NCBI RefSeq assembly: GCF_037042905.1
Contig: NC_087246.1
Span: 1,366,001-1,430,000 of the forward strand
Source: Lytechinus pictus
Lineage: Eukaryota
Reading direction: 5' to 3'
Length of the DNA: 64,000 nucleotides
Of the stretch, positions 37,251 to 49,899 are shown piece by piece. Both the position numbers and the translations under genes were made by a program. Numbering within the stretch: the stretch's first letter is position 1; every line of letters starts with the position of its first letter. The notes beneath the pieces were generated by a model, which was not told the origin of the DNA, ran no database searches, and was given only the letters and a program-made list of their open reading frames with translations.

Positions 37251-37469
37251 CACACTCTACTCACATGCCCTTCATTAAAAAAAGCAAAAATGCGGACTAA
37301 AAACAGACAAGGTGGGTTGTGACCAAGTGATTGCGAAAGTGTTTTCATGCCGAAGATCTTTCTCAAGATCTCCAATCTAGGCCTATCTGTATTTGCCCAA
37401 ATTATCCCACTCTGTCTAATCTTGCAAATCAAAAAAAAAATCTGGATTTTTTTTTAATAGTGTAGGATG

Positions 37470-39250
37470 GCTATTTTGTCATTTTCTTATTTTGTTTATT
37501 TCCTTTAACTTATGTTTTCTTCTCCACCTGTTTAACATTTCTGTTGGGTCTAGTCTTGAGCTCATTTGCATTCTTTTTTCAGCAGTGTCCTTGCAGTCTG
37601 AACTTAGGTTACATGAGTTTAATTATATTCAGTTGCCATTCATTCATTTCCATTCTGAATTCCTTTCCTCTTTTCCTTTTGTTATTTTCATTCCTTTTCT
37701 ATTCAGGTGTTCTACTCATTCCATCTCTCATCTGACTCCTTAGTTTCTCCTCTCATTACAATATAATCACCCAGACATCTTTGTCATCTTCATCTCCTAT
37801 TGTTATTGGTTATTTTTATGAATTAGACTCCTACACTTTTAGTTGGCTCCCCTATTCTCTTTAATTTGATTGGTTGATTTTATGTTAATTTTGTAATATG
37901 ATTTGAGTTCTGATGTGGCAAAGCAGCCCTCCCAATAAACCAGTGTATTACCAGACTCCATCGAGTTCAGTTCCATTTTGTCTTCTAAGTTCCTCTTCTC
38001 TACGTTTGCTGTTCTGTTTGATGACTTTTGTGTGATTGAGCTTGTGTTATTCCCTTCTTCTGTTGAATATTTATTTCCCACAAGACTATATTATTTTAAA
38101 TCCCACAAAAAGATTTTTTTTTCTTTGCAAAATAGCGGACACTATAGCGAATTTCCAGCTAATTCATAGGTGGAGATGCACTATGAATTTGACTTGGGTT
38201 TCTATTTATTTACAATGCCATACCATCATACGCAGATGCCATTCAATTGTGTAACCCATGCTTTTCAGCCCAAGGGTCACATTCAACACGAGCGAAGGCC
38301 GACTACGCTAGAATCTTTAACTCAAGCAAACACGGTCAAGATACGCAATTCAATTCTGTAACCCATGCTTTTCAGCCCAAGGGTCACATTCAACATGAGC
38401 GAAGGCCGACTGCGCTAGAATCTTTAAATCAAGCAAACACGGTCAAGATACGCAATTCAATTCTGTAACCCATGCTTTTCAGCCCAAGGGTCACATTTGA
38501 CATGAGCGAAGGCCGATTGCGCTAGAATCTTTAAATCAAGCAAACACGGTCTGATGGTGAAACAGCGTATTAGTCCTTATCCTTGATAGATCAATATATA
38601 TCTGAATACTTGTGTTACTACATAGGCATTCAGATCACGTTTCTGTGAGCGAAAGGGTTGAAGCTAAAGTTCATTTAGCACTCTGCTGCCAGATTAGGAC
38701 ACCTGCCTACAGTTGATCTTATTAGGACATCACAATACAAGACAGTAGGATGCCTGATGAATGGTTAATGAACAGAGGCTACTGCCAATGGGTTTGACTA
38801 TTGCAACAAGACAGACATCACAAGGTGGATTCATGATTTTTCGAATTGAACTTGTGCATTTACCACAGGTGAAAAGTCACACTTCTTGTTGGAAAGATAA
38901 TCTACATGGTAGATTGAGAGATATCATAAAAGCTTTACATACTACTTGAATTACAAGACCAATCATATATAAACCTGACTTAATTTTATGCCTATGTGTG
39001 CATCTTATTTGTCCCTTCAACAAATCAAGTAAGAAAGGGTTATCTTCTCAAGAAATGCTACTGAAATTCAATTTCTATTTAAAATGGCAAAGTTTATAAA
39101 GCTAAAACTATTATTATTAATGCGAGCCATTCAAACCCTTGACAGTGTCTTATCAGTCTATACTGTACAATGGTTATTTCAATACACCTGTAATCTGATT
39201 ATCTATGCATTCTTGCCTCTCTCTATTATACGATTAACTTTTTTTAGCCT
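37470..39250 (-). pseudogene. Decayed LINE relics (ORF1-like piece and CR1-group EN/RT pieces)
   Basis: NSMESGNTLVYWEG (RRM-type ORF1-like) in ORF 37839-38081; LSLTET* (~38636-38657, ETW-like); FEWLA (~39120-39136, WL..N-like). Confidence 0.4.
38241..38551. repeat. Tandem repeat, 107-bp unit, ~2.9 copies
   Basis: GTAACCCATGCTTTTCAGCCC at 38251, 38358 and 38465. Confidence 0.95.
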
Positions 39251-39619
39251 TAAAATCTCTCTTTTTACTATTTTTATCTTTTCTCACTGTTTCTATTTCT
39301 TTCTCCATCCAACTCCTCTCTCTTTTCACCCATGTCTCTTCCATCCCATCTCTTGTACAGTTAACTCTTGTTTTTAGATGTATTCAATTACACTTATTTC
39401 TCACTTCTACATCTTAATCTGGTCATTTACTTGATAATTAATTTCTCTATTTGTATTGCAATACATTTCAAGGTCTAATATGTATAAAAATCTACATGTT
39501 TCAAAAGTTAATATACATGAGTGTATTCTTGTGTATGTTCTGCCAGAGGAAGGCACATTTCTGTGTCCCTTATTTTATATGGATTGAAGAAATAAATCTT
39601 AATCTGATCTAAATCTGAA

Positions 39620-41450
39620 TTACTTTCCTAATGGTGAGAATTTGCTTTTTTTAGAGAGAAGATAATTTCCTCTCCCCACTCTGGAAAAGTTACCCCACTG
39701 TAATGAGAAAATATTTGCATTGTTACCTGTATGCTGACCTCCTCTTTGCACTGCTTGATAGCTTCACTTCTGATCACTTCTAGCTTTGATAATACCTTCA
39801 AAATAAAAAGGGGCAAAAAAAAATAAAAATATGAACCAGTTTATACCACTTTCAAATTTGCCCCTTGTAAAAATGACAATTCAAATTTTTACCTGGTAGA
39901 AATGGGACACTAAATATTGGCGTTTAGAAAAGACATTCAGAAAAAAATTCTTCTGCATACCATTCTTACAGAATATTGAATCCCATTTAGGTGTATAGCG
40001 AATTATAGCACAGAGTAAATCCACGCTTTACAACTCTCCACCCAAGTGTTTATGGGTACCTGAGAGGATGCTAATAAGCCAATGTAGAATACCTGGAAAT
40101 TTGAGTATGGAAATGTTCCCTAGGAAGTGGAGAAAGTTCATATATTGTATATAAAAGGGCAAATAGATTTGATAACCTTTGTATATCTGTACCTTTGTAC
40201 CTGTAAAGCACTGAGAGATGTATTTCAATGCCTTAGGCACCGAAGTAAGAATCGTTCTCTATTTTGATAAAAGATATTTTTCTTTTTATCTGATTAAATC
40301 ATTAATCAAAATGCAGAAAAGTGTGTTAGATATTGGCCATGAGAACAAGCCTGAGAAACTACCGCAGGAATACATTGTTAGAGTAACTGTAATATTTCTC
40401 TTGTAACCTGATAAAATAAAATCAATAATTGGGACAGCATGGTGTAGGATAAATCAATATAAATCTAATTTTTGACGAACTGTCATCAAATCTAATTATT
40501 GCTTGATATTGAAGGACAAGCGAGCTCACTGCACTCATTAAAAAACCAACAGCCTTGAAAAGTGAGTCTTGAAGATGGATTTATTCAAAGGGAATTATTG
40601 ATTTTGTTTTTAAACAAATCTCATTCATGGCCAAGCAGGAGGAGTCCTATACAATGGCAGATTTAGTTGCAATCCCAAACTTCACTGTAAGTTATTTTTG
40701 GTACATTTAAGTTGACTAGATACAAATTACAATGCAAAAATACAATTTATACGTGATTGAATTAATCATCATATAGGGACAACTTTTGTCTTATAAATCT
40801 AATGTAAGGTCTCATGTCCTTATACAGTTTCCTACACTCAACATTCATTTCAAATGAAGCAGGAGATTTTGCTTTTGGGACATGAAATGAAGAAAAGGGC
40901 AAAAGTCCCCTAACAATAAACAATATCATAAAAAATATACGAAAACATCAGATCCTGAGAGAAGAACTTCATGAAATATCCAGAATCCAGAATCTACTCC
41001 ATACTCCAAGGAGTTACTCTTCGGTGTCTTATTCTCAAGTCAGCAATTAAACTGGAAACCATAATGGAAGCCATTATAGAAGTCAATGGTGGGTGGACTG
41101 CCATTAGCTTATTACATGCATCTGAAGAAAGTGGTTTATTCACCTCGCCTTTAAATGTCACACTGAGACAGGTGAATGATGCTTCCCTTTAAGGCATGAT
41201 TAACTTTTCACGCTTTAGCGGAAAAAGGGTGCTATCAGTATCAAGAAGAGTTAACACCTATCTTGTTAGGTTTATTATCAAATAAATGAGATAGCATCCT
41301 TTTGTCTGTAAATGTGTTATCGATCATGAATAGTATTGCTTTTGTTGCAGCTTGTATCTACAGAATTTCTTAAATCACAAGAATGTCTTCATGAATATGA
41401 GTATTATGTAATAAGATGTTCATATTCACACTGAAGAGTGTTGGAAATGA
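39620..41450 (-). pseudogene. Decayed L1/Tx1-like ORF2
   Basis: Minus strand TLFSVNM (EN start, ~41420-41445), AVHP (~41088-41102), CP-like RT motif (~40425-40445), GSFSGL (40346-40363). Confidence 0.5.
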
Positions 41451-41536
41451 AAATCGTCATCATAACCCTGGCTGCAGCCAAACGACAGTCTAGGTGAAAA
41501 AAGAGCAATAAAAAAAATGAATATTCCTACCAGATA

Positions 41537-42389
41537 CACTCTAAATTCCAAGAATTTAAAATAAATCCAGACCGGCTGTGAATAGTGACCAGCCAAATTT
41601 TGAATGTATTTTAAATCTTAAGGATTAACTTTAAAATCTCAAAAGATTTAAATTCAAATCTTTTAGATTTATAATTTTTATATTTAAAAGGACAAGTCTA
41701 CCCCAACAAAAAGTTTATTTGAATAAAAAGAGAAAAATACAAAAAGCATAACTCCGAAAATTTCATCAAAATCGGATGTAAAAATAAAAAAGTTATGACA
41801 ATTTAAAGCTTCACTTAATTTCACAAAACAGTTCTATTCACATCCTGGTCGGTATGCAAATGAGGAGACTGATGACGTCATCCACTCACTATTTCTTTTG
41901 TATTTTATTATATGAAATATGAAATATTCTAATTTTTTCCTCATTGTCAAGTGAAACAAAGATTAATTCCTCCCTGAACATGTGTAGCTAGCATTGTTTA
42001 ATACTATATGGTTCAGTTAAGTTGGTCCTTATTGTCAAATCTGTAAAAAATGAAAAATTGTATAATTCAAACAATAAAAAACAAAAGAAATAGTGAGTGA
42101 TGGACATCATCGACTGGTTCATTTGCATGTCACTGAGTTGTGCACATCACTGTTTTGTGAAAAATAATGGAAACTTTAAAATTCCATAATTTTCTTATTT
42201 TACATCCGATTTTGATGAAATTTTCAGCGTTATGCTAGTTTGATTTTTCTCTATTTATACAAATCAACATTTTCCTGGGGTGGACTTGACCTTTAATGAA
42301 CAAGGTTTAAATCTAAATCTAATATTTGGCCAGTCACTATTCACAGCTGATCTGGAATCATATATTTCAAATCCTTGAAATTTAGAGCG
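41537..42389. mobile_element. TA-flanked MITE (Tc1/mariner-like) hosting a Kolobok-like MITE
   Basis: TA|CACTCTAAATT...CCAGACCGGCTGTGAATAGTGACCAGCCAAAT vs ATTTGGCCAGTCACTATTCACAGCTGATCTGG...AATTTAGAGCG|TA. Confidence 0.75.
41689..42292. mobile_element. Kolobok-like MITE (second copy)
   Basis: AGGACAAGTCTACCCC / GGGGTGGACTTGACCT|TTAA; colinear with 24042-24628. Confidence 0.85.
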
Positions 42390-42519
42390 TACCCATTTAC
42401 AATACCTGGGTCGAGTGTAGCAAAATGTAGATTAATTTCTTGCTAAAGGAAATAACATCATGGCTTGTATTGGAGCCATGACCCTCAAATTGAAAGGTAG
42501 AGTTAGAACCAATAGACCA

Positions 42520-43600
42520 TGCCCATGAGCAATACATAAAATTTTGTTTGAAAATGTCTGAAAAGTCTCAACAACAACTACAGTAATGGCTAGTAATATG
42601 ACAGTATTATTTCCTGGCTTTTTAATGCTGTTATACCTGGAGCAGGGAAGTGTTATAACACTTCCCTGCCTGGAGCTTAATAGGGTTCCTGCAGTGAGGC
42701 AGAAGCTGCTTAATGAAAACCATGCCATTATACACTACATCAAAATTCATGTCCCTTGAGGCCATAGTAGAATTTTAATTTATCTTATATAGAAATGTCA
42801 TTACTTGTCAGACCATCAGCTGGAGCTTCACAAATTGACTCAAAAGTTTATAGAACGAGCCATATTTTTTTCTTTAACTAACACATCATATAACAGAATA
42901 AAAAGATTCCTTAAAGGCATTCTAGATAAAATAAAAACATCAGGTTCATAATAATGAAACTCTAAAGTGAGAGATAGTAGCAAATAAAAAAGATAAAAGG
43001 GGCACAGTCTTTGATCACCCAATAAATCCCTTTAAGGCAGAAATGAGTTCAGAAGAAACCAAGCTCATATAGTGAGTCGTCATCATCGAGGCACGAAGCA
43101 TGTTGCACCATGCCAAACAAAATTGCCGCCAAATGGCTGCAATATTACTCGCCTGACTGCTCCAATGCTTCCAAACATCCCAAGGGAATACGTTTGTGTA
43201 AATGGATGCCAGCAAGAAGTCCTTAATCACGATAAGACGTGGGCTTTGTTTACCTTCATCAGACGACCTTTGTTAGAAGAGATTCACTATGATATTAGTT
43301 TTGTTCAAAGTTGAAAAGCTAGTAACTTTTAAATGTCAAAACATAACTTCATCTCAGGTCTCAAGGTATTCCCCAAAAAAGTAAACACCATTAAATAAAT
43401 TAATGTATATCAACTTGGTTACTTTAGCCAGGATATTAGACAGGAATTTATAACATTTTCTATCTTCAATTGCAAGAACTTGAGGGAGTTTTTTGTTTTG
43501 TTCTCTAGCAAGATCATATTCAAGAGGGAAACGACTGATTTATCCACTTTCCATTTGTGTACACATATAATTTTTCCCCTCAGCTCTTTTAGATTAGTTA
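42520..43600 (-). pseudogene. Decayed L1-like reverse transcriptase region
   Basis: GDQRLCPFYLF (GxRQGCPLSPxLF-like, ORF 42840-43022), preceded by the W..FCLAW segment in ORF 43015-43230. Confidence 0.45.
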
Positions 43601-44438
43601 CATCATAGTTTCTGCCTCCACTTTCCTCCCATATCTCCTACTAGCTCAGCTCCAATTTTCCTTCCCTTATTCAGACGATATTATAATTATTATTATTATA
43701 TTTTTTTTTCTCTCTCCACTCACTTACCTCTTATTTATTTTGCTTATTTTCATGTTTACTATGTTTTTTTTTTCTTATTACACCCCCTCTCTCATACAGC
43801 ATCAGCTTCTTTATTTGCTTTTACCCTTTTAAGCAATTTGCTTCCCTTCCATTTTTTTATATATAGTCTTCTGTTTTTTGTTTTTTTTTTCCCTCACACC
43901 CAGCGGGTTACTATATCAGTTACACCCTTTGTATATATATATATATATATTTCTTTTCATATACATTCCTTTTTGGATATATTTACATACTTTTACTCTT
44001 ACAGGTTTATTTTTACACTCACTTACTTCTCTTAGTTTGTTTATTACTCCATCATACATACTTATGTATTTTGCACCATATCAGTTTTCCCCACTCTTAT
44101 GCACCAGTTTATTATGCCTTTCTTTGTTACCCGTTTGACCCACCTCTCACTAATTCTCTTGTTATTCATCTCTTCCTCATACCCTCTATCACTGTTTTGT
44201 TCCAGATCCTGTTTGATGTTGCCTGCCTCACATCTTAATCCCTCCTGGCTTGAGGTCTTTCTTTGGCCTTACACCCACTTCTCTTTGTGTCTGCCCACTC
44301 CTTTTCTTTCATCCCCTTCATTAACCTGATTGGTCATCTCTTCTCACTAATGCCCCTTTTGTCTCCTTGTTTCTAGTGTTGCTGTTGAATGTCTGTGGTC
44401 TATATTATGGTTGTTCCACTTTATATGTTTGTCATTTT

Positions 44439-44477
44439 GCCTCCGACGAAGATTCTGCTAGGATCGAAAGCTTAGGC
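44439..44477 (+). ncRNA. Candidate minimal type I hammerhead ribozyme (variant core)
   Basis: GCCT-CCGACGA-A-GATTCT(GCT)AGGATC-GAAA-GC-TT-AGGC: stem I GCCT/AGGC, 6-bp stem II, palindromic AGCT stem III; core reads CCGA rather than CTGA. Confidence 0.55.
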
Positions 44478-44562
44478 CCCTTTTGACTCTCTAATTTACT
44501 CCATTGGCTCTTTTTTTTAGATAAGCAGTTTTCAGCAGCTTCTTTTTGCCAAAGATCATATT

Positions 44563-45155
44563 TAAACAAGTGTGTCGCTGGGGCGAGCACATAATACGCC
44601 CACCTCTAACACGGAAAATTGAGTTATAGGTCAAACAAGAAAAGTGGAAGGTGGCGACTTGACCTCAAAATCAATAGGCCCGGGGGGCACTCATTATATA
44701 ATGCGTGGTGGGTATGTGCCGCGGAGGGGACCCCCATTTTTACACTCAAATTTCCATTCTAAGGCATAGCATTTTTATCTTATTGAGAAAAAGAACAAAG
44801 GGAAAGAAAGCCGCTCCAAAGCATAGCATTTTCTTCTTATCGAGAAAAAAAGAAGAAATCCATTCCATAGCTTCGCATATTTTTCGTTACGCCGTTCCAG
44901 CCGCATTGATCCGCTACAATGAGCTGCAATTTTGGTGAAAAGCGGCCGCAGAGCGCTGTCTGCGCAAGCGCATCCGGCCCTCCCGGGTCAATAGGCTTCC
45001 TGGAATCCATGCTAGTATCATACAACCAAAGTATATGAGCCTAGGTTAAGTTAAACTGAAGTTATCATGTTATCAAGGAAAAGTTAACGGATGGACGGAC
45101 GGACAGAAGGATGGACAGACAGACACCAAGCGGGATACTATAATACGTTCCGTCC
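44563..45155 (+). mobile_element. HINE/pearl-like element with (GACG/GACA)n
   Basis: AACAAG start, ATAATACGCCC near the 5' end, TTTGACCT core, GACG/GACA microsatellite ~45088-45125, CTATAATACGTTCCGTC near the 3' end. Confidence 0.6.
44679..44987. mobile_element. MITE with CCCGGG termini
   Basis: CCCGGGGGGC / GCCCTCCCGGG; perfect 8-bp TSD TCAATAGG at 44671-44678 and 44988-44995. Confidence 0.85.
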
Positions 45156-46120
45156 TTCACCTATCTCAGTGAACTCCTTAAATTAAAATCACCCACCCAG
45201 TCTTACGGGCTTCGTAGCTCCCATGACAATGCTCCTCAGTCTCCCACCATGTAAAACAAAGATAACACGAGTATGCTTTTCACACTGCACTTTTTATCCT
45301 AAATTGGTGGGGGCGTGGGGCTAAGGGGGGGTCTTAGCCCCACCAATTTCCCGGGGTTAAGCTTAGCCCACTTCGTTTTCACACTACGTTTTAGCAAAGT
45401 GGGCTAGCACGGTAAATAGTACGGTACTATCTGGCCCTGCAAAAAAGCAGGGTTAGCCGGCTTATTGTGGTGCTAGCACCACAATCGCGGTGCTAAGAGA
45501 TGCAGTGTGAAACAAAACAGGGCTAAGCAAAAGCGGGGCTAAGCATTAGCCAATCACAGAAGTCGAAATTGCACGTTAATCGCGCTCTGTATGGTAAAAT
45601 CATCAATATTTATGAGCTGTGTGATTGCCCGGGGTTAAGGCGTTAACCCCGGCTAAGCAATAGTACGGGGTTAAGAAAGACAGTGTGAATCGAAAAAAAG
45701 ATAGTATGGGGTTAAGGATAGTTCGGGGTTAAGGATAGTATGGGGTTGAGGAAATGCAGTGTGAAAAGCATATAGGTGACCGTGCCTTTATCAGTGCTGC
45801 ACCCAAACTCTGGAATAGTCTCCCTTCCTCAATGAGAAATGCATCCTCTGTCAACTTATTTAAAACTAAACTGAAATTCCACCTCTTTCAAGAGAGTTTT
45901 TAATAAATAAGTCACTTTTTTGTTATGTATTTTGTAGAAATGATTCATCTTTACTTATTTTTCTCCAATTAATTTAGCGAACTTAAATTTACTTCTAAAA
46001 TTTTTGCGTATCCTGTTAATAATTGTTTTTCTGCTTATCTGTTATGTATTGTAATGCGCAGTTGAGTATATCCAAATAGAAATTGCGTAATATAAATTTA
46101 CAATTATTATTATTATTATT
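45155..46120 (+). mobile_element. 5'-truncated L2 LINE 3' end, split by a MITE
   Basis: P.YLSELL before the insert; GDRAFISAAPKLWNSLP after 45775; (TAT)n tail ~46104-46121. Confidence 0.8.
45272..45772. mobile_element. MITE, Harbinger-like
   Basis: TIRs TATGCTTTTCACACTGCA / TGCAGTGTGAAAAGCATA; flanks GAG / TAG; internal GGGGTTAAG repeats. Confidence 0.85.
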
Positions 46121-46299
46121 ATAAAAATGCAAACAAATAGACCTACACATATTTGTGCAAACTTGGAGGAATTTTTCTCTCCATGCTGTGCATCTGCAGA
46201 ATGAACCTTTTAAAACACAATGCAATTTTTACTTCTGAAGTGATACTGCTCCAAGATTTGTGTCCATATTTGAAAAGCACCAGCCAACCAGTACTTCAT

Positions 46300-48300
46300 G
46301 ACAAGTGAATTGTAGTCTCTCCAACAGTGAATCACGCAAGTCTATCATATGATCTACATGTATCAACGGTCAATACCCCCTCATTTGTACTACCCCAGTG
46401 GCCTAGAACTTGACGTTACAATGACACAACGTTCAGGGGCAATCAAAGAAGATGATCTAATAAAACTCGATCGTAACCTATGGTTGCAATGAATATATTA
46501 GCACTGCATGTGCACCAGCATACTTGATCTTGTTTTGCCACATATATGGAATAAAGAAGCACAAACCAACAATTTTTTACAGTTGGCAAAATACAAATTA
46601 AGAAGATTTTAGAGGAATAAGAAGTCGAATGCATGGGGGAAAGGTTTATATGATACTCATAATACTATATATTAATACATCACAACATATGTACGTGCTT
46701 TACAGATATATCAAACCCTGGTCAGTGGATTCCGAATGTTAGCATAGTTTTTGTTATCTAACTAAGATCTGAACATGGTGGACCAGAAATGTTTTGTCCT
46801 GACATAAAGTGGCATATTCCTCTCTTAAAATTGAAATGTTAAATCACCATTTAAACACACTTGTGTATCTTATTTTCAAAACTTGGCAGTATCAAATCCT
46901 ATCAATACTTATGTATTATGTATGTTCTATAGATGTATTCATGAATTAACTTTATTTACGTCTGACATTGAACAACTCGGATGCATCATACAGAAGGGCC
47001 TCCTCTAAGACCTTGACCATAGCTTCTATTACATGAAGCCAAAATACTTCGATAATCACTTAATCCAAACTATCTGATCACTTCCAAATACAGTTAAAAG
47101 AGTATGCAAGTTATGGAATACCCAAGGAAAACTTGTCGATATGCCATCCTGGCTCAATGTTTGGCCAAACTTCACACTGACCTTCATGAGTTAAATTCAA
47201 ACAGGCAAATAACAACAGCCGATTTCATTCAATTAGAGCCAGGAATCTCTAACAAAATATGAAGAAACTGTGAATGGCAAGTGTCCTATGATCCCCATGC
47301 CTATTATACGCTTTAATTTTCATATTTTGGAAATTCCCCATATAACTATATTGATTTTTTTTTACTGAATATCCTATTTCAATATGCAATAAAACCAATT
47401 CGAGAATGAAATACATAATAATTAAAAGGTATTATTCACAAAATCAACACTAAAAATTAACATTTATAGCAAAAGAGCAGAGCAGAGAATGAGGTCTTCT
47501 GAACCAGGCAAAATATATAACTACATGATGGTAGGAACTTTTGCATCACTTAAAACTTCATAGAAACCTTGAATTTGATTGGCTTTTGAGGTTTGTTACC
47601 AGGCAGTACAGCAACATGATGGATGAATCAAGAAAGCTGAAGAGGTTTTTGACGGAAGTCACATCTAAAACATCTCAAGAATTCAAGCCAGCAATATTAG
47701 CTGATATAGGCCTCCTTAGACTCTAATCTATAGCCCTCTATTTGACCTTGATTTTAGAGCTAATGAGGATCGCCTTTTAGTAATGACCTTGCCATGTGTC
47801 AGGCATTGCTCTCCTTATTCGCAAAAGGCATATTCGGCCCGACTCTATCTCTTGAATACCACTAAATTAATGAGAACTTGTTCAAGCCTCAAAATACCTG
47901 ATATTAATTTTCTGCATTGATGCTAACCTGAAGCAGACCATTTCAAGGTATTAGCTCATGGAGTTACAAGCATGTGCAGCATGGTCTTATCATAACCAGG
48001 TGCATGTTTCAAAATCGCAGCAACCAAACAGCATCTGCATCCAACTCCTTGCTAGGCTGAGAAAGTTCTAATAATTTTGATAAGAACTTAACTACTCAGC
48101 ACTTTTTTCTATAAGTCATTAATTTCACACTGGCAAAAATACCTGGTACTTCTTACCCGTGTAGATCAGGGTAAATTTCCCGATTAGACAATATTGAGTA
48201 TTCTTGAAATTTGAGTCGGTCTGAATGCACCTAATGAACCAAAGAGGTATAAATTGGCCATGTTGCTTTATCATCATGCTTTCTGTAAATGCAGTTGTAT
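46300..48300 (-). pseudogene. Decayed CR1-group LINE relic
   Basis: Minus strand PGSED (~47512-47530), G.IG.-like (~47282-47305), WL*LNE (~47223-47245), FLG (~47118-47130) in RT order. Confidence 0.4.
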
Positions 48301-48329
48301 ACTGAAGCAAAGAGGCAATGTGTGTGACA

Positions 48330-48592
48330 TTTTACCCCCTACCAAAATTTCACAAAACAAAAGTCACACTTGGTGATCGTGCATTTGCACTTGCTGCCCC
48401 CAAACTATGGAATAGCCTGCCAATTGATAAAAGAAGCTCTCCATCCTTGACTCTCTTCAAATCAAAATTTAAAAATATATATCTTTAGTTAAGAAAATAT
48501 GCTGTGTAGACAAAGAGCTCTGAACAAGCGCAGCTGAATATATCCATATAAAAGCTGCGCTATACAAATTAATGTTTATTATTATTACTATT
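48330..48592 (+). mobile_element. L2 LINE 3' stub
   Basis: TLGDRAFALAAPKLWNSLP; GCGCTATACAAAT...TATTATTATT tail. Confidence 0.8.
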
Positions 48593-48704
48593 ACCAACAT
48601 TCACTATGACAGTTTACATTGTTCACAGGATTCATTTATATGGCCACATGTTGAAAATGGATCGATAATACCAAGCAAACTTTGTATCAATAGTAATAAT
48701 AATA

Positions 48705-48968
48705 ATGTATCCAACTAAACGAAAACAGACCGGAGATAGAACCTTCACTGTTGCATCCTCAATAGAATGGAACAAACTCCCTCTCACACTAAGAAAATCC
48801 CCTACAGTTGAGTCATTAAGAAGTCCCTTAAAACTTTTTGTTCTAGCAACTGCCTTCATTTTATATGTAATTCTGATTTATTTTGTTTGTATGAATTAAG
48901 TAAACTGAAAATGTGAGCGCTTTGGGCCATGTGGGAAAAGCGTGATATAAAGATTGAGTATTATTAAT
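48705..48968 (+). mobile_element. L2 LINE 3' stub
   Basis: TGDRTFTVASSIEWNKLP in ORF 48705-48899; GAGCGCTTTGGG...AAAAGCG stem-loop and TATTATT tail. Confidence 0.75.
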
Positions 48969-49023
48969 AAGAGCTCCTTTTTAAATTTTCGGTCTGGAGA
49001 GTTTTGCAATTGTGTAGCATTAA

Positions 49024-49386
49024 AGGTAAAAGACACTAGTTGCAGCAAACAATTATTTCATGAGAAAGACAATATCACAGATCTACATGTAAATCATTGA
49101 AATAAACTGATTTTTGGGAAATCATGAAATTTTAGCTGAAAACCAACGATTCTGATGATCACTGAAACAAAAAGGCATATGTGGGAGAGTGAATTACTAT
49201 TACTTGGAAAAATACCTGACATTTTATGGAATTCCTTGCTTATTTTGCTCATTTCTCAGCAATTACACATTTTTTCCAAGAGTCATTTGGCACATAATTT
49301 CTATTAATACAAACAACTACTTGGGTGGCCATTTAATTGGATTCTGTTTGAACTCATTTTGAGATCATTACAACTGGCATTGATCT
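49024..49386. mobile_element. Kolobok-like MITE (different family)
   Basis: TTAA|AGGT...CTAGTTGCAG start; imperfect inverted end TACAACTGGCATTGATCT. Confidence 0.45.
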
Positions 49387-49899
49387 TTGAGCTGAAGTTT
49401 GTATGACCGAGAAACCTGTTCTATCTAAAGAGATATTCTGAGAGCCAAGTGTACTCCATGTTGGCCTCTTCCAAGAACTGGTTCATCTTCAAAGGATATC
49501 CTGCTATCAATATATTCTCATATGACTGAATGTGATACCATCCTATGTCAAAGAGAATGACAATGGGTGAATGTCATTGTCAATGTCAACAAGAGTGGAG
49601 AGAGCGGCACTAGTGACATTTATATAGCACATTGTTTCTATGAAAACAAAGTATTAAGAATTAGTATCGAGATATAGATTAAGATATTTTTTTTCATATT
49701 TTGCATCATCCTGATGAATCTGTCATTAAATCTCTCTCTCTCTTTTTCCTCCTTCTCTCCTCCTTATTCTTATTTCCTCCTTCTCTTTCTTCTCCATCAT
49801 TTTCTTCTTCTGCCTTGAACACCTTCCTTTAAATCTCTCTCTACCTCTTTTGTGTCTATGTGATGAATAAATCATGAAGAAACCTAGGATATTAAAATC

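Larger units (their letters stand above)
41455..42520 (-). mobile_element. Old SINE (family of 57409-57700) split by nested MITEs
   Basis: CCATTTACAATACCTGGGTCGAGTGTAGCAAAATGTAGATTAATTTCTTGCTAAAGGAAA (~42393-42452) aligns with ~57560-57620; left part resumes before 41535. Confidence 0.6.
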
